Source: Candidatus Bathyarchaeota archaeon (GTDB taxonomy: Archaea; Thermoproteota; Bathyarchaeia; TCS64). Taken from it: a stretch of DNA of 64,000 bases. The notes under the pieces were generated by a model, which was not told the DNA's origin, did not search any database, and saw nothing but the letters and a program-made list of their open reading frames with translations. How positions within the stretch are numbered: position 1 is the first letter of the stretch; each line of letters begins with the position of its first letter. Location of the stretch: contig CAVYLP010000006.1 of the NCBI GenBank assembly GCA_963769425.1, positions 480,001-544,000 on the forward strand, read 5' to 3'. Positions 62,769 to 64,000 of this stretch are shown one piece after another. The position numbers were made by a program, and so were the translations under genes.

Positions 62769-63545
62769 ATGGTCACCGTTTCTAATCGCCTCATCTTCAA
62801 TCACCTGGAGGAGCCCCGCGTCCGTCGCGTATTCGAGTTACTCGAAGGGGACACGGAGGTGCAGACCTACCTCAAGATGTCGAATGAGATGGTCGTCAAG
62901 AGGTTGAACTATAATGACCACGGCCCCGTCCACGCGAGGATCGCTGCGGGGAGCAGCCTTGAGATCCTAGACTTAGTGGGGAGGGAAGCGGAGCCGACGA
63001 CGGTTGCTAACGGGATTTGTGACTTGGAGGGGGCGAAGCTCGTCACAATGGTGGGCAGCTACCTCCACGACATCGGTAACAGCGTCCACAGGGCAGCGCA
63101 CATAATGCACAGCTGCTACCTCGCCGCGCCCATCTTGGAGCGGTTGTACTCCGCCGTCTACCCGGGTGAACACGAGCATGTGCTGAAGATGAAGTGCGAA
63201 ACTCTCCACGCCATCTACGCCCACGAGGACCCGATTCAGGCCCTGAGCATCGAGGCGGGTGCGGCGAAGGTCGCGGATGGCACTGATATGGCTGAGGGGC
63301 GGGCAAGGATACCTTACCGGGGCGGGAAGGTTGACATGCATAGCATCTCGGCGACGGCAATCAAACGTGTTGATCTTGAGGCGGGGAAGGAGAAGGCGGT
63401 CAGCGTGAAGATCTACATGGATAATCCCTCGGGTGTCTTCCAGATCGAGGAGGTAATCGGGAAGAAGGTGGAGACCTCCGGGTTATCTAAGTATGTCGAG
63501 CTGGTTGCCATCGAGAATGGCAGGGAGATAAAGACGGTGGGTTGA
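62769..63545 (+). CDS. HD domain phosphohydrolase
   Basis: YNDHGPVH, LHDIGNSVHR, ADGTDM..GR.RIP. Confidence 0.88.
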   Translation: MVTVSNRLIFNHLEEPRVRRVFELLEGDTEVQTYLKMSNEMVVKRLNYNDHGPVHARIAAGSSLEILDLVGREAEPTTVANGICDLEGAKLVTMVGSYLHDIGNSVHRAAHIMHSCYLAAPILERLYSAVYPGEHEHVLKMKCETLHAIYAHEDPIQALSIEAGAAKVADGTDMAEGRARIPYRGGKVDMHSISATAIKRVDLEAGKEKAVSVKIYMDNPSGVFQIEEVIGKKVETSGLSKYVELVAIENGREIKTVG

Positions 63546-63655
63546 GCCCCGTTTCGGTTGGCTTGTAAGCGGTAGCTGGTAATAACGTGTTCACGGCCTC
63601 CCTTGCTTGTTAGTTGTGAGGCTGTAATTTGTTTGGTTGTAGAGTGTTCTATTTT

Positions 63656-64000
63656 TTAAAAGGGTTCTTGGTTGAATTGGAGGATCTTCTCACACCAAGA
63701 CGCGACGCCTAGGAGACTTGCCTCGCCGTGGGGTCTACCCACCAACTGAGCACCTAGAGGCAGACTTTCTTCGTTTAGCCCGGAGGGGATGTTCACCGTT
63801 GGGAACCCTGTGAAGCTCCAGGGGACGTTGAAGGCGGCGTCGCCTGTTGATGTGAGGCCTTTTAGGGGAGGGGTTATGGTCGCTGGGGTGAGAAGGGCGT
63901 CGACTCTCTCCATCGCAACGAGCATTTCCCGCCTGAATATCCCGCGTATCCTCTGCGCGTGGAGGTAGGTCGACGAGGGTATAATGAGCCCCGAGTAGAC
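63656..64000 (-). CDS. Amidase (GatA-like signature family), C-terminal part, truncated by window
   Basis: D.LLTP, FN.PWSFTG.P.VNIP.G....LPLG.QLVG....EA.LL. Confidence 0.85.
   Translation of the reverse strand, partial: VYSGLIIPSSTYLHAQRIRGIFRREMLVAMERVDALLTPATITPPLKGLTSTGDAAFNVPWSFTGFPTVNIPSGLNEESLPLGAQLVGRPHGEASLLGVASWCEKILQFNQEPF

Overview
A GC-rich archaeal chromosomal segment. The 16S/23S sequence, TACK-type gene content and small lineage-typical ORFs suggest Bathyarchaeia, which is an inference. Housekeeping content: rpl10e (partial), the conserved dph2-csl4-rpoL-DUF99-tfs-PCNA cluster, iorAB, a minus-strand 16S-23S rRNA operon with no spacer tRNA or linked 5S, RNase P RNA, tRNA-Cys, tRNA-Pro, ribA, split purH, guaB, mobA, pgk and glyA, plus many hydrolase, transport and sulfur genes. 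The most notable unexplained signals are non-coding. (1) Two arrays 25 kb apart (14.9 kb and 40.4 kb) of one 19-bp motif, GTWCC-N9-GGWAY, with an oriented RGTAG core and about 22-bp periodicity. (2) A decayed ~1.1-kb integrative element whose att site duplicates the 3' end of the RNase P RNA gene and which carries a tyrosine-integrase relic. (3) Two orphan, promoter-preceded, densely base-paired candidate ncRNAs (~0.6-1.0 kb and ~26.19-26.35 kb). Unusual proteins include a GNAT-SSB(OB-fold) fusion, a PyrI-PyrE fusion, a tfs gene that appears to start at ACG, a Dol-P-Man synthase/PMT pair, and two M24 paralogues lacking metal ligands next to an AstE-family deacylase. Several single-base frameshifts in short homopolymers suggest some assembly indel error. 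All calls are by eye; no searches were run.
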